A stretch of 63,959 bases of DNA, filler included, from Octopus bimaculoides (Eukaryota): assembly GCF_001194135.2 (NCBI RefSeq). It is 7 parts of 6 records of this genome, joined end to end, with 100 filler letters (N's around TTAATTAATTAA, not from the genome) between each part and the next. Parts side by side here need not be neighbours in the genome. Positions count along the whole stretch, not along the records: positions 45,123 to 51,268 come from NC_068988.1; positions 51,369 to 58,003 come from NC_069002.1; positions 58,104 to 61,734 come from NW_026389117.1; positions 61,835 to 63,959 come from NW_026318752.1; 3 more parts are not named here. One strand, 5' to 3'. The notes under the pieces are model-generated. The model was given only the letters and a program-made list of their open reading frames with translations. It was not told where the DNA came from and did not search any database. A program made the position numbers and the translations under genes. This document shows positions 51,022 through 62,280 of this stretch, piece after piece (position 1 is the stretch's first letter; each line of letters begins with the position of its first letter).

Positions 51022-51268
51022 TATCATCATCATCGTTTAACGTCCGCTTTCCATGCTAGCATGGGTTGGACAATTTGACTGAGGACTGGTGAAACCAGAT
51101 GGCAACACCAGGCTCCAATCTAAATTTGGCAGAGTTTCTACAGCTGGATGCCCTTCCTAACGCCAACCACTCAGAGAGTGTAGTAGGTGCTTTTACGTGT
51201 CACCTGTACGAAGGCCAGTCAGGCGATACTGGCAACGGCCATGCTTGAAATGGTGTCTTTTATGTGCC
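51022..51268 (-). mobile_element. RTE-type LINE 3' end, cut by gap
   Basis: Near-identical reverse complement of ~8180-8428, including the (GAT)n tail. Confidence 0.85.
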
Positions 51269-51912
51269 NNNNNNNNNNNNNNNNNNNNNNNNNNNNNNNN
51301 NNNNNNNNNNNNTTAATTAATTAANNNNNNNNNNNNNNNNNNNNNNNNNNNNNNNNNNNNNNNNNNNNACAAACCACAGCATGTGACAACATGTTACCCA
51401 TAAACCAATAATAATATGAACAAAGTATAATACAATACATAGATAAACAAATGGAATTAAATACTACATACGTTAACAACATTTAATTAAACACAAAAAA
51501 AACAACAAAAACAAAAAAAACAACAACAAAACACACACACACACACACACATGAACAAATAAATAAATAAAAACAAATACAAACGAACACGTATTAACAG
51601 AGAATATAGGTGATACAGACACTCCCCATACACACATGCACATACAAAAGACACAGACACATTGAAAGACACGCATGCGCAGACACATACAATAGGAATA
51701 CAAAATACAAAATGGCTGATATTTAGTAAGGTGAGACACACATAAGAAGGAAGGAAACAAAGGACCACTGATGGGGTCACAGAAGTGTGATGAAAGAACT
51801 CTGGCCGAAATAAGATTAAGATTAATGTAATATAAAGCTGAAGCAAATTAACACCAAATATACAGTGCGTGTGTTTTTATTGGCTAAACTGGCAATATGA
51901 CCATCCCCAAGT

Positions 51913-51956
<44 letters not shown>

Positions 51957-53017
51957 TTTCATATTAATACATATCTCCATACACATGCGCGCGCGCGCAC
52001 ACATATATGTTTGTAAAAAGAAAAAGAATGACTTCACTTGTAGGTCTAATCAGTGTAATTTATTATTATTTAATAATATAAATTTTAGCTCATAGATCTA
52101 GTGGTAAGCACGATGTATCCGTAGGATAAAATTAAAGAGTATGAAGACTTGTACATCCACAATGACCTACACGTGCCTCCGCCACAGTGACTAGTCACTG
52201 TTGCAAAAGCAGCCCTGCGTTATTGTCGGCGCGGTTGCATCAGTGTCCATCTATTTGGTTGTCCTCGATGTCAATATTTATGTATCTAAAGTGTGTTAGA
52301 TGATATGTAAATGTGGACTGAAAAAAATCCTTACTTTCAATTAGAAAATCCTTCGGTGTTTCTATTTCAAATTGAGTTATCTTTACTTACATCGATGACC
52401 TCTTTGTCTTTTGTATGTTACAAAAATATACCAGCAACTTGGCCATAAAAACGTTCTGTAAACCGTATTTATTAATTAGATATGAAATTTACATCCATAG
52501 TATTAGACCCTTATCCCGAACTATTACATCTGGAGGTTATAAATCATGTCAAAATCACAGACCAACGTGTAAATTCAAACTGAGTAATTACAGTGCACGT
52601 TCGGTACTGGTCAACTTTGTGTAAGGCAAAAATACTGTGACAGAGAGTGTCATTAAACGAAAACCCTCTTAAATGCGTCACAAACTGTTTCACCGTTGCC
52701 CTATATTTCTCCGATCTCAATAATTCATAGCTTAATCTTCCTGGACCTGTTTCTTTTGTCCTGTCAAGAAATCTATCTATTTTACTCATAGCAACACACA
52801 CTTTTATTACATTAAAAATACATTTCACCTCTTCACCGATATATCTCTCATCATACTTGGTCTGTCTCTATAAATTTTGCTCTTGGAAAACAAATTGTAA
52901 TAGCATCTTGAAACTGTTATTTGTCTTCACCACAAATATAACTTGCTCCGCAGGCATTCACACCACCAAAATAAAATATTTAATACCGCAGTAAAAGTTA
53001 CTCCTCACAATGATATC

Positions 53018-53117
<100 letters not shown>

Positions 53118-53227
53118 TCTCTATCATACTTATACATATGCATATGCAAGTATGTATGAATGCATGTATATACATATATGCAAGAGTATGTGAGAATGTA
53201 TATGTATGAATATATATATATGTATAT

Positions 53228-53459
53228 ATAAAGTTGTAGTATATTGTCAACTTAATGTGACAATCCCAATAAGGGAACACACTACTGCTGTTTAGCCCTA
53301 GGAAGCTGGACCGCTTTCTGTCGGCCTTGACACAATTACTGTGTCCGTAAGTTTGCGAGGGGTGGAGGAGCTTGTCTCCAGCTTCCTAGGGCTAAACAGC
53401 AGTAGTGTGTTCCCTTATTGGGATTGTCACATTAAGTTGACAATATACTACAACTTTAT
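53228..53459. repeat. Perfect 83-bp inverted repeat with 66-bp spacer
   Basis: 53228-53310 is the exact reverse complement of 53377-53459 by manual comparison. Confidence 0.9.
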
Positions 53460-54059
53460 CGCTCCACTACTGCTTAAATCTCTCTGAGAGATTTAGAAAT
53501 NNNNNNNNNNTATATACACACACCTACATATATATCACATGTGTTTGTGTGTGTGTGTATGTGTTGTTAGAAAACAGTATTACGGGTTTCTTGTCTTATT
53601 AGGAAATTATTGCCGACATCCGTACGACTTTTGAGTTTACTGCCAGCGTTACGGCAGAAACATCCTAATTTACATAAAAGTATCTTCTAGGCTTGCAAGC
53701 ACACACCAGCCAATATGCTTCAAATAATCCCTCATAAAATTATTTACTAATGATATTAAAAAAAATTAAATTTTAAAACAAATTCTGATATTGTCTGATG
53801 GGTTTATATTTAGGGCGTTGTACTATGTTGGTTAGGTTATGGCCTTGATTTCTGGACTGGGTAAGGATTTGTGGTCTTGAGCAAAACACTTAATTTCACG
53901 TTGACCTATTGGATACAGCTGGAACAAGAAAACTAGTAATCCTGATTGACCAGCGAGCCACCCATTGTTGGCGGAATACATATGCGACAAATTACATGAA
54001 AGCGCTCTTGAGTGTATGGGTCGGCAACGAACTTTCATCCTCATATATATATATGAAAA

Positions 54060-54223
54060 AAGGTTTGAAAATGCAATTTTAAAGATGTTTATTCACTTAA
54101 CCGGTTTCACCTTTTTAGAATAAGATTGTCAAAAGTAAAATGTAAAACTTTTGAAAATCTTTTTCTAAAAAAGTGAAACCGTTCCAGTGAATAAACATCT
54201 TTAAAATTGCATTTTCAAACCTT
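54060..54223. mobile_element. Palindromic MITE-like element (~164 bp)
   Basis: aaggtttgaaaatgcaattttaaagatgtttattcact...caaaagt / acttttg...agtgaataaacatctttaaaattgcattttcaaacctt. Confidence 0.85.
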
Positions 54224-54894
54224 CTGGGGTCTGAAGTGGTATGTGCGTATGTGTAACAATAGAATACATTGCTTTAAGTACTATAGTCTAATGTAGAAAT
54301 GTTGAAAAATTCATTCTTATCTCTGATTGCAAAGTGAAACAACACCTCGTCCTTGACATCTATACCATTGAACTGAACATTTTTATTAAGTGGCAAATCA
54401 AAATAAAATACTGCCTTCTGTTTCTCAATTAATTTTCTAACGTGATGTCAGGTTTTAAAGGTAATTTGATCTATTATTAACTTACAAGATAAAACGCATT
54501 TTGAAGTCGTTGTACGGTTTTTCATTTTAAATGTTTCGTATCTGCAAATTGTTTTCGCGTAACCAAAATCATCCGTTAATATTCTTTCTTATAAAGTCTT
54601 TTTTTCGATTTCTAAAACGCTGCCTGGTTAATGACAAGTGTGAATCTATTAAATTTAAATTGGCCCCTGCTTTAGGACTTCAGCTTAATATCCACAAATG
54701 CCAATAAGCAGCTATTCCCCACATGTTTAGACGCTGATAATTCAACATGATCTATAACTGGTGAGCGTTTAGAATTTGTATAAACGCTGCTTTAATTATA
54801 TTATTAGGTTCACCGCAGCATACTAACGCTTAGAATTTCAGCAAGCCATCAATATCCTGAATCTGGGAACAATATATATGTGTGTGTGTGTGTA

Positions 54895-54926
<32 letters not shown>

Positions 54927-55400
54927 TGTGGCCAGTAATTCATATACCCGAAAAAAAAAGACACTCTAGGGCGTAACTGCAGTAATATAATTTTTTAGGG
55001 AGTTCAAGGTTATGGCCGGTCATAGAGAGACAATCGGTCGGTGTAGCACATATAAAACGCTTAGCAGTACTTTTTTCTCTACAAAAACCAATTGACAGTT
55101 ACATATGTCTTCCTGCATTTGCAGAGAGGATAAACATCTTCAAGCCATTTATGTTTCACGAATCGCGTAAACTGTTAAGCACTTTATACATGCAAAAACC
55201 AATGGTCACTCAATTAGCATGCATAAATTTACTAGCGCATGTGTGTGTGTGTGTGAGTGTGTGTGCATGTTTGTCTGTATTTATATATAAACATTTAGCA
55301 TAAATTATCGGTAACTACAGAAACAATATATATATATGTGTGTGTGTGGGTGTGGGTGTGTGGGTGTGTGTGTACGTGTGTGTGTGTGTGTGGGTATATA

Positions 55401-55434
<34 letters not shown>

Positions 55435-55594
55435 TAGTGCAAATTTATAATTCATAGCTGTTTAAAGCTATTATAACTACGTTCTACCCATGACACTACT
55501 GGTGATATCATCAAATTTATAATTTATCCACAGATGATATGAACAGTATCTAACTTTAAATCTCAGTGTTCGAATGTTTCATTTATATATATAT

Positions 55595-55990
55595 AGGAGT
55601 GGCTGTGTGGTAAGTAGCTTGCTTACCAACCACATGGTCCCGGGTTCAGTCCCACTGCGTGGCATCTTGGGCAAGTGTCTTCTACTATAGCCTCGGGCCG
55701 ACCAAATCCTTGTGAGTGGATTTGGTAATCGGAAACTGAAAGAAGTCTGTCGTATATATGTATATATATGCATGTGTGTATGTGTTTGTTTGTCTGTGTT
55801 TGTCCGCCCAACATCGCTTGACAACCGATGCTGGTGTGTTTATGTCCCCGTAACTTAGCGGTTCGGCAAAAGAGACCGATAGAAGTACTAGACTTCCAAA
55901 GAATAAGTCCTGGGGTTGATTTGTTCGACTAAAGGCGTTGCTCCAGCATGGCCACAGTCAAAAGACTGAAACAAGTAAAAGAGTAAATGA

Positions 55991-55991
<1 letters not shown>
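55595..55991 (+). mobile_element. tRNA-derived SINE, family A, essentially full length
   Basis: A-box-like tggctgtgtggtaag, B-box-like ggttcagtccc, central (TA)/(TG) microsatellite, tail aaacaagtaaaagagtaaatgag; several relatives in this window. Confidence 0.9.
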
Positions 55992-56024
<33 letters not shown>

Positions 56025-56164
56025 CTTTCAAAAGAGGTTTAAAAAACTAACTTAAGAGATAGAAAATATCTAATGAATCAATGGTTTGTTGCCCATTATT
56101 TTGTTGTGAAAGTAACATTTCTCAAATAACAGGTTTAAATATAAATCTTGGGTTATAAATATTG

Positions 56165-56480
56165 AAATTAAAATCAAGAAAACGGAGAAGTAGCATTAAT
56201 ACAGTTTATTAACTGTAAAAATTCACTTTCAGCTGTTTCGATTCTGCGCTAAAGAATTAAATTCCAGTAACTAAAGCATTTTACTGGGCTAGAAGAATAA
56301 CATGTATTAACCTAACGATATGTCTTTTTGACTCCTCTAACAAGATTTCCCAATAAAATGTTTTAATTACTGAAATTTAATTCTTTTAGGCAAAATCGAT
56401 ACAGCTGTAAGTGAAAATTTTGAATTTTTTACAGTTAATAAATTATATCAAAACTACTTCTCCATTCTATCATTCTAATT
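56165..56480. mobile_element. Foldback/MITE-like element with ~130-bp diverged inverted repeats
   Basis: ggagaagtag...tttattaactgtaaaaattcactttcagctgtttcgatt...aaagaattaaattccagtaa versus ttactgaaatttaattcttt...aatcgatacagctgtaagtgaaa...ttacagttaataaa...ctacttctcc. Confidence 0.75.
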
Positions 56481-56499
56481 TGAGTAAATACTTATACCC

Positions 56500-56589
56500 G
56501 CCCACGTATGTCAGTCAGTAGAGCATCAGACTTTTATGTTAGCCTTAGAGGAAATCTGAGGGTCCCGGGTTCAAGTCCTTCTGCGAATG
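56500..56589 (+). pseudogene. tRNA-Lys(UUU)-like gene with a 17-nt intron, probably a pseudogene
   Basis: GCCC..TA..TCAGTCAGTAGAGCA TCAGA CTTTTA [56537-56553] A TCTGA GGGTC CCGGG TTCAAGT CC matches the eukaryotic Lys-TTT pattern. The anticodon stem is perfect, but acceptor, D and T stems are broken. TTTT follows at 56596-56599. Confidence 0.7.
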
Positions 56590-56602
56590 AAAGCATTTTC
56601 AT

Positions 56603-56640
56603 AGGTGCAGGAGTGGCTGTGTGGTAAGAAGCTCGCTTCC
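56603..56640 (+). mobile_element. Family A SINE head, truncated
   Basis: aggtgcaggagtggctgtgtggtaagaagctcgcttcc, then an abrupt change to unrelated sequence. Confidence 0.7.
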
Positions 56641-58003
56641 GTTTCCGGTTATGTCAGTGCTGTTCTTACACTGCAGAAGTCGCCACGCTGGTGTACTGCT
56701 TGCGAAATATTGATTGAAAAAGAAACTCAGCTGTAAGGTAAGACATTTGCTTTTGGGGCCCAGTGGGGGTTTGTTGTTCGCTGTATTATTATTTTTTTTT
56801 TGTAGAAAAAAGAAATCCTCACTGGATTCTCGACTCTGGTCTACCTACAGTTGGGCAAAATTGATCACTTTTAAGTGAATTATTTTGGTGGGCAGATCCT
56901 CTGATGCCATAAACTGTGGAATTTTTTTTGTTGCTGTGAAAAAATTTTCTTCGTTGTGTATTTACCATTTAATAGGAAATTATTTTTTGTTCCTACTACT
57001 GTGTCCCCGACTCAACTGGAGTACCTTTTTTGGAAACTACGAGGGCCAGGAGTACCGGTTGGACTTGAAGAAGCTGTTGCAGTGATTTGAAATATCACAG
57101 TGCAAAGAACTGTCGCCGTGCTCAACTGTTTTTTCTTTCATTTTTTATCTTTTCTGTCTTTATGTTTTTCTCTTGTCTTCTTTCTAACTGTTATTTTTGT
57201 GGGGAATCTGTTTTTGATTCTTTACTTTTCATAATTTTTGTTGAATTATTAAGATAATTTTATTTTTAAAAAAGCATGACGAAAAAGAATGTCTTGGAGT
57301 AGGAGATTATCCCACCCAAAGAGTGGATTAAACAGCAGGAGGAGAAGACGGTCGTGTTGAGAACATATTTGAAGGTTCTCAATACCATCACCATTTTTCC
57401 AAAGAAGTAATAGAAGAAGAGTTGAAGGACTATCTACCAACTCTGAAGTTTATTGCCCGGGGTGTCGGATATGCAACAATTTGGTTGCTATGTGACACCC
57501 CGGAGTAGGCTCACATTTTTGCGCGCCAGCTCCTGGAGGGCAACACAATTTTGTTTCTTCCCACGTATTGTGGGAGGAAACTGACGCTGGCTTGGGTTTA
57601 CGGGTTGCCACCGAATTTAAAACCAGGTTGGATAGAGGACACTATACACCGAGGTTTGGGTGGCAGCGGCACCAAGCTCCATAATGTTAAATTATTACCA
57701 GTGGCTGATTGGGTCGGGTAAAAAGTTATTTTGACCCTGTAGTCCCAATCAGTAAAGGAGTTAGCCTGTCCAGACATTTTAACTATGGCTGGGAGCAGGT
57801 ACCCGGTGATTCTTGCGGGTTGCCCCTCCCTCCCAAGTGTCTGGTACTGGCCATATAAAAAAGAACTGCCCCCAGGATCAAAGCAAAGTCCTGGAACAGT
57901 TGGTTGAGACTTCTGTACAAGAGGGAACGGAGGCGGTCGAGGAGGCGGAGGACTCCTCAAAGAAGGGCTGCAAGGGGAACAAGGTGAGCAACAAAGGGTG
58001 CTC
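56641..58003 (+). mobile_element. L1/Tx1-like LINE 5' region: putative 5' UTR and decayed ORF1 with zinc knuckle
   Basis: ATG at 57276; reading with stops and frameshifts gives EEKTVVLRTY...FLPTYCGRKLTLAWVYGLPP...PDILTMAGSRYPVILAG, then a frameshifted Cx2Cx4Hx4C knuckle (..KC..GTGHIKKNCP). The 5' UTR assignment is inferred from position. Confidence 0.6.
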
Positions 58004-58103
58004 NNNNNNNNNNNNNNNNNNNNNNNNNNNNNNNNNNNNNNNNNNNNTTAATTAATTAANNNNNNNNNNNNNNNNNNNNNNNNNNNNNNNNNNNNNNNNN
58101 NNN

Positions 58104-58200
58104 GTGTTTGTGTCTGTGTCTGTGTCTGTATGTATGTGTCTGTTTGTGTCTATCTTTGTAACCCATCATCTCTTGACAATCGATGTTGGCGTGTTCACTT
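58104..58200 (+). mobile_element. Family A SINE mid-body fragment
   Basis: (TG)-rich block, then catcatctcttgacaatcgatgttggcgtgtt, cf. catcgcttgacaaccgatgctggtgtgtt. Confidence 0.55.
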
Positions 58201-58399
58201 AATCGTCATCAGTCATCACCATCATCGCCACGACCACGACCACGACCACCACCATCAACACGTCCACCGTCATAATTACTATTATCAACGCCATCATCAT
58301 CGTCATCATCAACAGCATCATCACCAATAACATCATAATATTCCCGCAGCTTCCTCCTTCTCCTGCTGTCCCCTCCTCCCCCTCCTCCTCCTCTTATCT

Positions 58400-58446
58400 C
58401 CCTAACCCTAACCCGACACTCTAACCACTGAGCCATGCGCCTTCAC
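58400..58446 (-). repeat. Family C SINE head truncated and followed by two TTAGGG units
   Basis: Minus strand gtgaaggcgcatggctcagtggttagagtgtcggg-ttaggg-ttaggg. Confidence 0.6.
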
Positions 58447-59577
58447 GAAGTACATAAAGCTATCAATAATAGCCTTCCAGTCTTTCTGTCCAAAAGGGTT
58501 TTTTTCACCCCCATATTTACATGCGGACATAATCCATTCCGGAGCCCCTCTCGTTAACAAAATTGTTCATCACACAAGTAACTGAAATACATATACATAG
58601 AAGTTATGTATTCCAAGTTAGACACAGAGTGAAAATAAAGGCTTGAAATTGTGTTTTATTTGTCCATCCATCCATCCATCGTAAATNNNNNNNNNNNNNN
58701 NNNNNNNNNNNNNNNNNNNNNNNNNNNNNNNNNNNNNNNNNNNNNNNNNNNNNNNNNNNNNNNNNNNNNNNNNNNNNNNNNNNNNNNNNNNNNNNNNNNN
58801 NNNNNNNNNNNNNNNNNNNNNNNNNNNNNNNNNNNNNNNNNNNNNNNNNNNNNNNNNNNNNNNNNNNNNNNNNNNNNNNNNNNNNNNNNNNNNNNNNNNN
58901 NNNNNNNNNNNNNNNNNNNNNNNNNNNNNNNNNNNNNNNNNNNNNNNNNNNNNNNNNNNNNNNNNNNNNNNNNNNNNNNNNNNNNNNNNNNNNNNNNNNN
59001 NNNNNNNNNNNNNNNNNNNNNNNNNNNNNNNNNNNNNNNNNNNNNNNNNNNNNNNNNNNNNNNNNNNNNNNNNNNNNNNNNNNNNNNNNNNNNNNNNNNN
59101 NNNNNNNNNNNNNNNNNNNNNNNNNNNNNNNNNNNNNNNNNNNNNNNNNNNNNNNNNNNNNNNNNNNNNNNNNNNNNNNNNNNNNNNNNNNNNNNNNNNN
59201 NNNNNNNNNNNNNNNNNNNNNNNNNNNNNNNNNNNNNNNNNNNNNNNNNNNNNNNNNNNNNNNNNNNNNNNNNNNNNNNNNNNNNNNNNNNNNNNNNNNN
59301 NNNNNNNNNNNNNNNNNNNNNNNNNNNNNNNNNNNNNNNNNNNNNNNNNNNNNNNNNNNNNNNNNNNNNNNNNNNNNNNNNNNNNNNNNNNNNNNNNNNN
59401 NNNNNNNNNNNNNNNNNNNNNNNNNNNNNNNNNNNNNNNNNNNNNNNNNNNNNNNNNNNNNNNNNNNNNNNNNNNNNNNNNNNNNNNNNNNNNNNNNNNN
59501 NNNNNNNNNNNNNNNNNNNNNNNNNNNNNNNNNNNNNNNNNNNNNNNNNNNNNNNNNNNNNNNNNNNTGGTCGTGGC

Positions 59578-59652
59578 GATGATGGTGATGACTGATGACG
59601 ATTAAGAACATAATAACGCTGATGATGATGAAGATGATGACGATGGTGATGG

Positions 59653-59712
<60 letters not shown>

Positions 59713-59766
59713 CGACGACTATGATGATGATGATGACTATATTGACTATGATGAAAATGATGATGG

Positions 59767-59798
<32 letters not shown>

Positions 59799-60000
59799 TT
59801 CTTCTTGCTGCTGGTGCTGGTGGTGGCGGTGGTGGTGGATGTGGGGGTGACGATGATGATGGTGACGACGACCGCGAAGACGCTGATGGTGATGATGAAT
59901 ACAATAATGATTACGATAATGATGACAATGGTGATGACGACGACGACGACGACGATGATGATGATGATGATGATGATGACGACGATGATGATGGAACACT
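59578..60000. repeat. (GAT)n-rich degenerate microsatellite
   Basis: Read directly. Confidence 0.95.
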
Positions 60001-60161
60001 GATGGTATAAAATATGCAAGTTCAAAGACATGCCGTTAGTTGATTTCCTCCACCCTTGTACATCACGTACATACGTAAGAAGCGCGCGAAAAAATATATG
60101 CAGAGAGCGCAAAATAGAGAGAGAAAAAGGGGGAGAGAGAGGGAATATGAGAGTTAGAAAG

Positions 60162-60193
<32 letters not shown>

Positions 60194-60359
60194 AGAGAGA
60201 ATGAGAGAAAATTAAGCTTGAAGGTTGTGAGTGTATGCTAACGTGTGGAGTTGGGTGGGTTATAGTGTGATAAGGTTAGGTTTGGGGGGGAAGAAGGATA
60301 AGAAAGAAAAAAATAGATACAATTTCCTCTCAGTGGACTTGCATTAGATGGATGAAGCA

Positions 60360-60433
60360 AAAGTAACAATAATAACAGCAACAACAACAACAACAACACT
60401 AACGGCAATAACAACAGTAATAATAACAATAAC

Positions 60434-60493
<60 letters not shown>

Positions 60494-60565
60494 AATAATA
60501 GTAATAATAATAATAATAATAATAATGATAATAATAATGATAATAATAATAATAATAATTATTAT

Positions 60566-60603
<38 letters not shown>

Positions 60604-60607
60604 TAAT
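60360..60607. repeat. (AAC)/(AAT)n microsatellite
   Basis: Read directly. Confidence 0.95.
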
Positions 60608-61886
60608 NNNNNNNNNNNNNNNNNNNNNNNNNNNNNNNNNNNNNNNNNNNNNNNNNNNNNNNNNNNNNNNNNNNNNNNNNNNNNNNNNNNNNNNNNNNNN
60701 NNNNNNNNNNNNNNNNNNNNNNNNNNNNNNNNNNNNNNNNNNNNNNNNNNNNNNNNNNNNNNNNNNNNNNNNNNNNNNNNNNNNNNNNNNNNNNNNNNNN
60801 NNNNNNNNNNNNNNNNNNNNNNNNNNNNNNNNNNNNNNNNNNNNNNNNNNNNNNNNNNNNNNNNNNNNNNNNNNNNNNNNNNNNNNNNNNNNNNNNNNNN
60901 NNNNNNNNNNNNNNNNNNNNNNNNNNNNNNNNNNNNNNNNNNNNNNNNNNNNNNNNNNNNNNNNNNNNNNNNNNNNNNNNNNNNNNNNNNNNNNNNNNNN
61001 NNNNNNNNNNNNNNNNNNNNNNNNNNNNNNNNNNNNNNNNNNNNNNNNNNNNNNNNNNNNNNNNNNNNNNNNNNNNNNNNNNNNNNNNNNNNNNNNNNNN
61101 NNNNNNNNNNNNNNNNNNNNNNNNNNNNNNNNNNNNNNNNNNNNNNNNNNNNNNNNNNNNNNNNNNNNNNNNNNNNNNNNNNNNNNNNNNNNNNNNNNNN
61201 NNNNNNNNNNNNNNNNNNNNNNNNNNNNNNNNNNNNNNNNNNNNNNNNNNNNNNNNNNNNNNNNNNNNNNNNNNNNNNNNNNNNNNNNNNNNNNNNNNNN
61301 NNNNNNNNNNNNNNNNATATATATATATATACATACATATATATATATATATGTATGTATATGTATATATACATGAAGATCCGATCCTAAGCTAATCTAT
61401 TTGATATGCATGCAGAAGGTTGGATTAGTGGGATAACTGTGTTGCAGAACAATGAGGAGAGGTAGAGTAGAAGAAAATATATAGGCAAATTTCATTGGTC
61501 GATCTTGCCAATTTAATACCCAGAAGCCTTCACACATTTGCAAAGGCATCTGAACACAATTAGCAAGTCAGTCCGTTCTAAGACCTTATTATTATCATTC
61601 AAGCCTAAATATATATATACAAAAAAAAAACAGTTTGATATATGTATGTGTGTGTGTGTGTTTGTGTGTGTGTACTTGTTGTCTGAGTATGGCAAGGTGT
61701 ATACAAATATGCATGTATATAGATAGATAGATAGNNNNNNNNNNNNNNNNNNNNNNNNNNNNNNNNNNNNNNNNNNNNTTAATTAATTAANNNNNNNNNN
61801 NNNNNNNNNNNNNNNNNNNNNNNNNNNNNNNNNNATATATATACATACATATATATATACATACATATATACACACATATATATCG

Positions 61887-61921
<35 letters not shown>

Positions 61922-62051
61922 CACTTATAGATACCCACTGGCTAATCGTGACACCCATACATATACAAAAACACGTATGTATACGTATAAAACACACACA
62001 TAAACATGACAGACAGACAGAAAGAGGGATGGATAGCTAGACTGATAGAAG

Positions 62052-62091
<40 letters not shown>

Positions 62092-62245
62092 ATAGACGAA
62101 TTTGTGTTTCGTGAATGAACGCAAGGCATGCATGATCTATAAAACATACAATGCAATGCACGCCTAACCTTTATAACTAAACACAAATAACCAGATTTTA
62201 ATATAAATTTTTATGAGAAACAGCTGCGCAGAAGACATAAATGGC

Positions 62246-62280
<35 letters not shown>

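Noticed and set aside
57598-57960. 120-aa minus-strand ORF
   Set aside because: Antisense shadow of the decayed LINE ORF1 on the plus strand.
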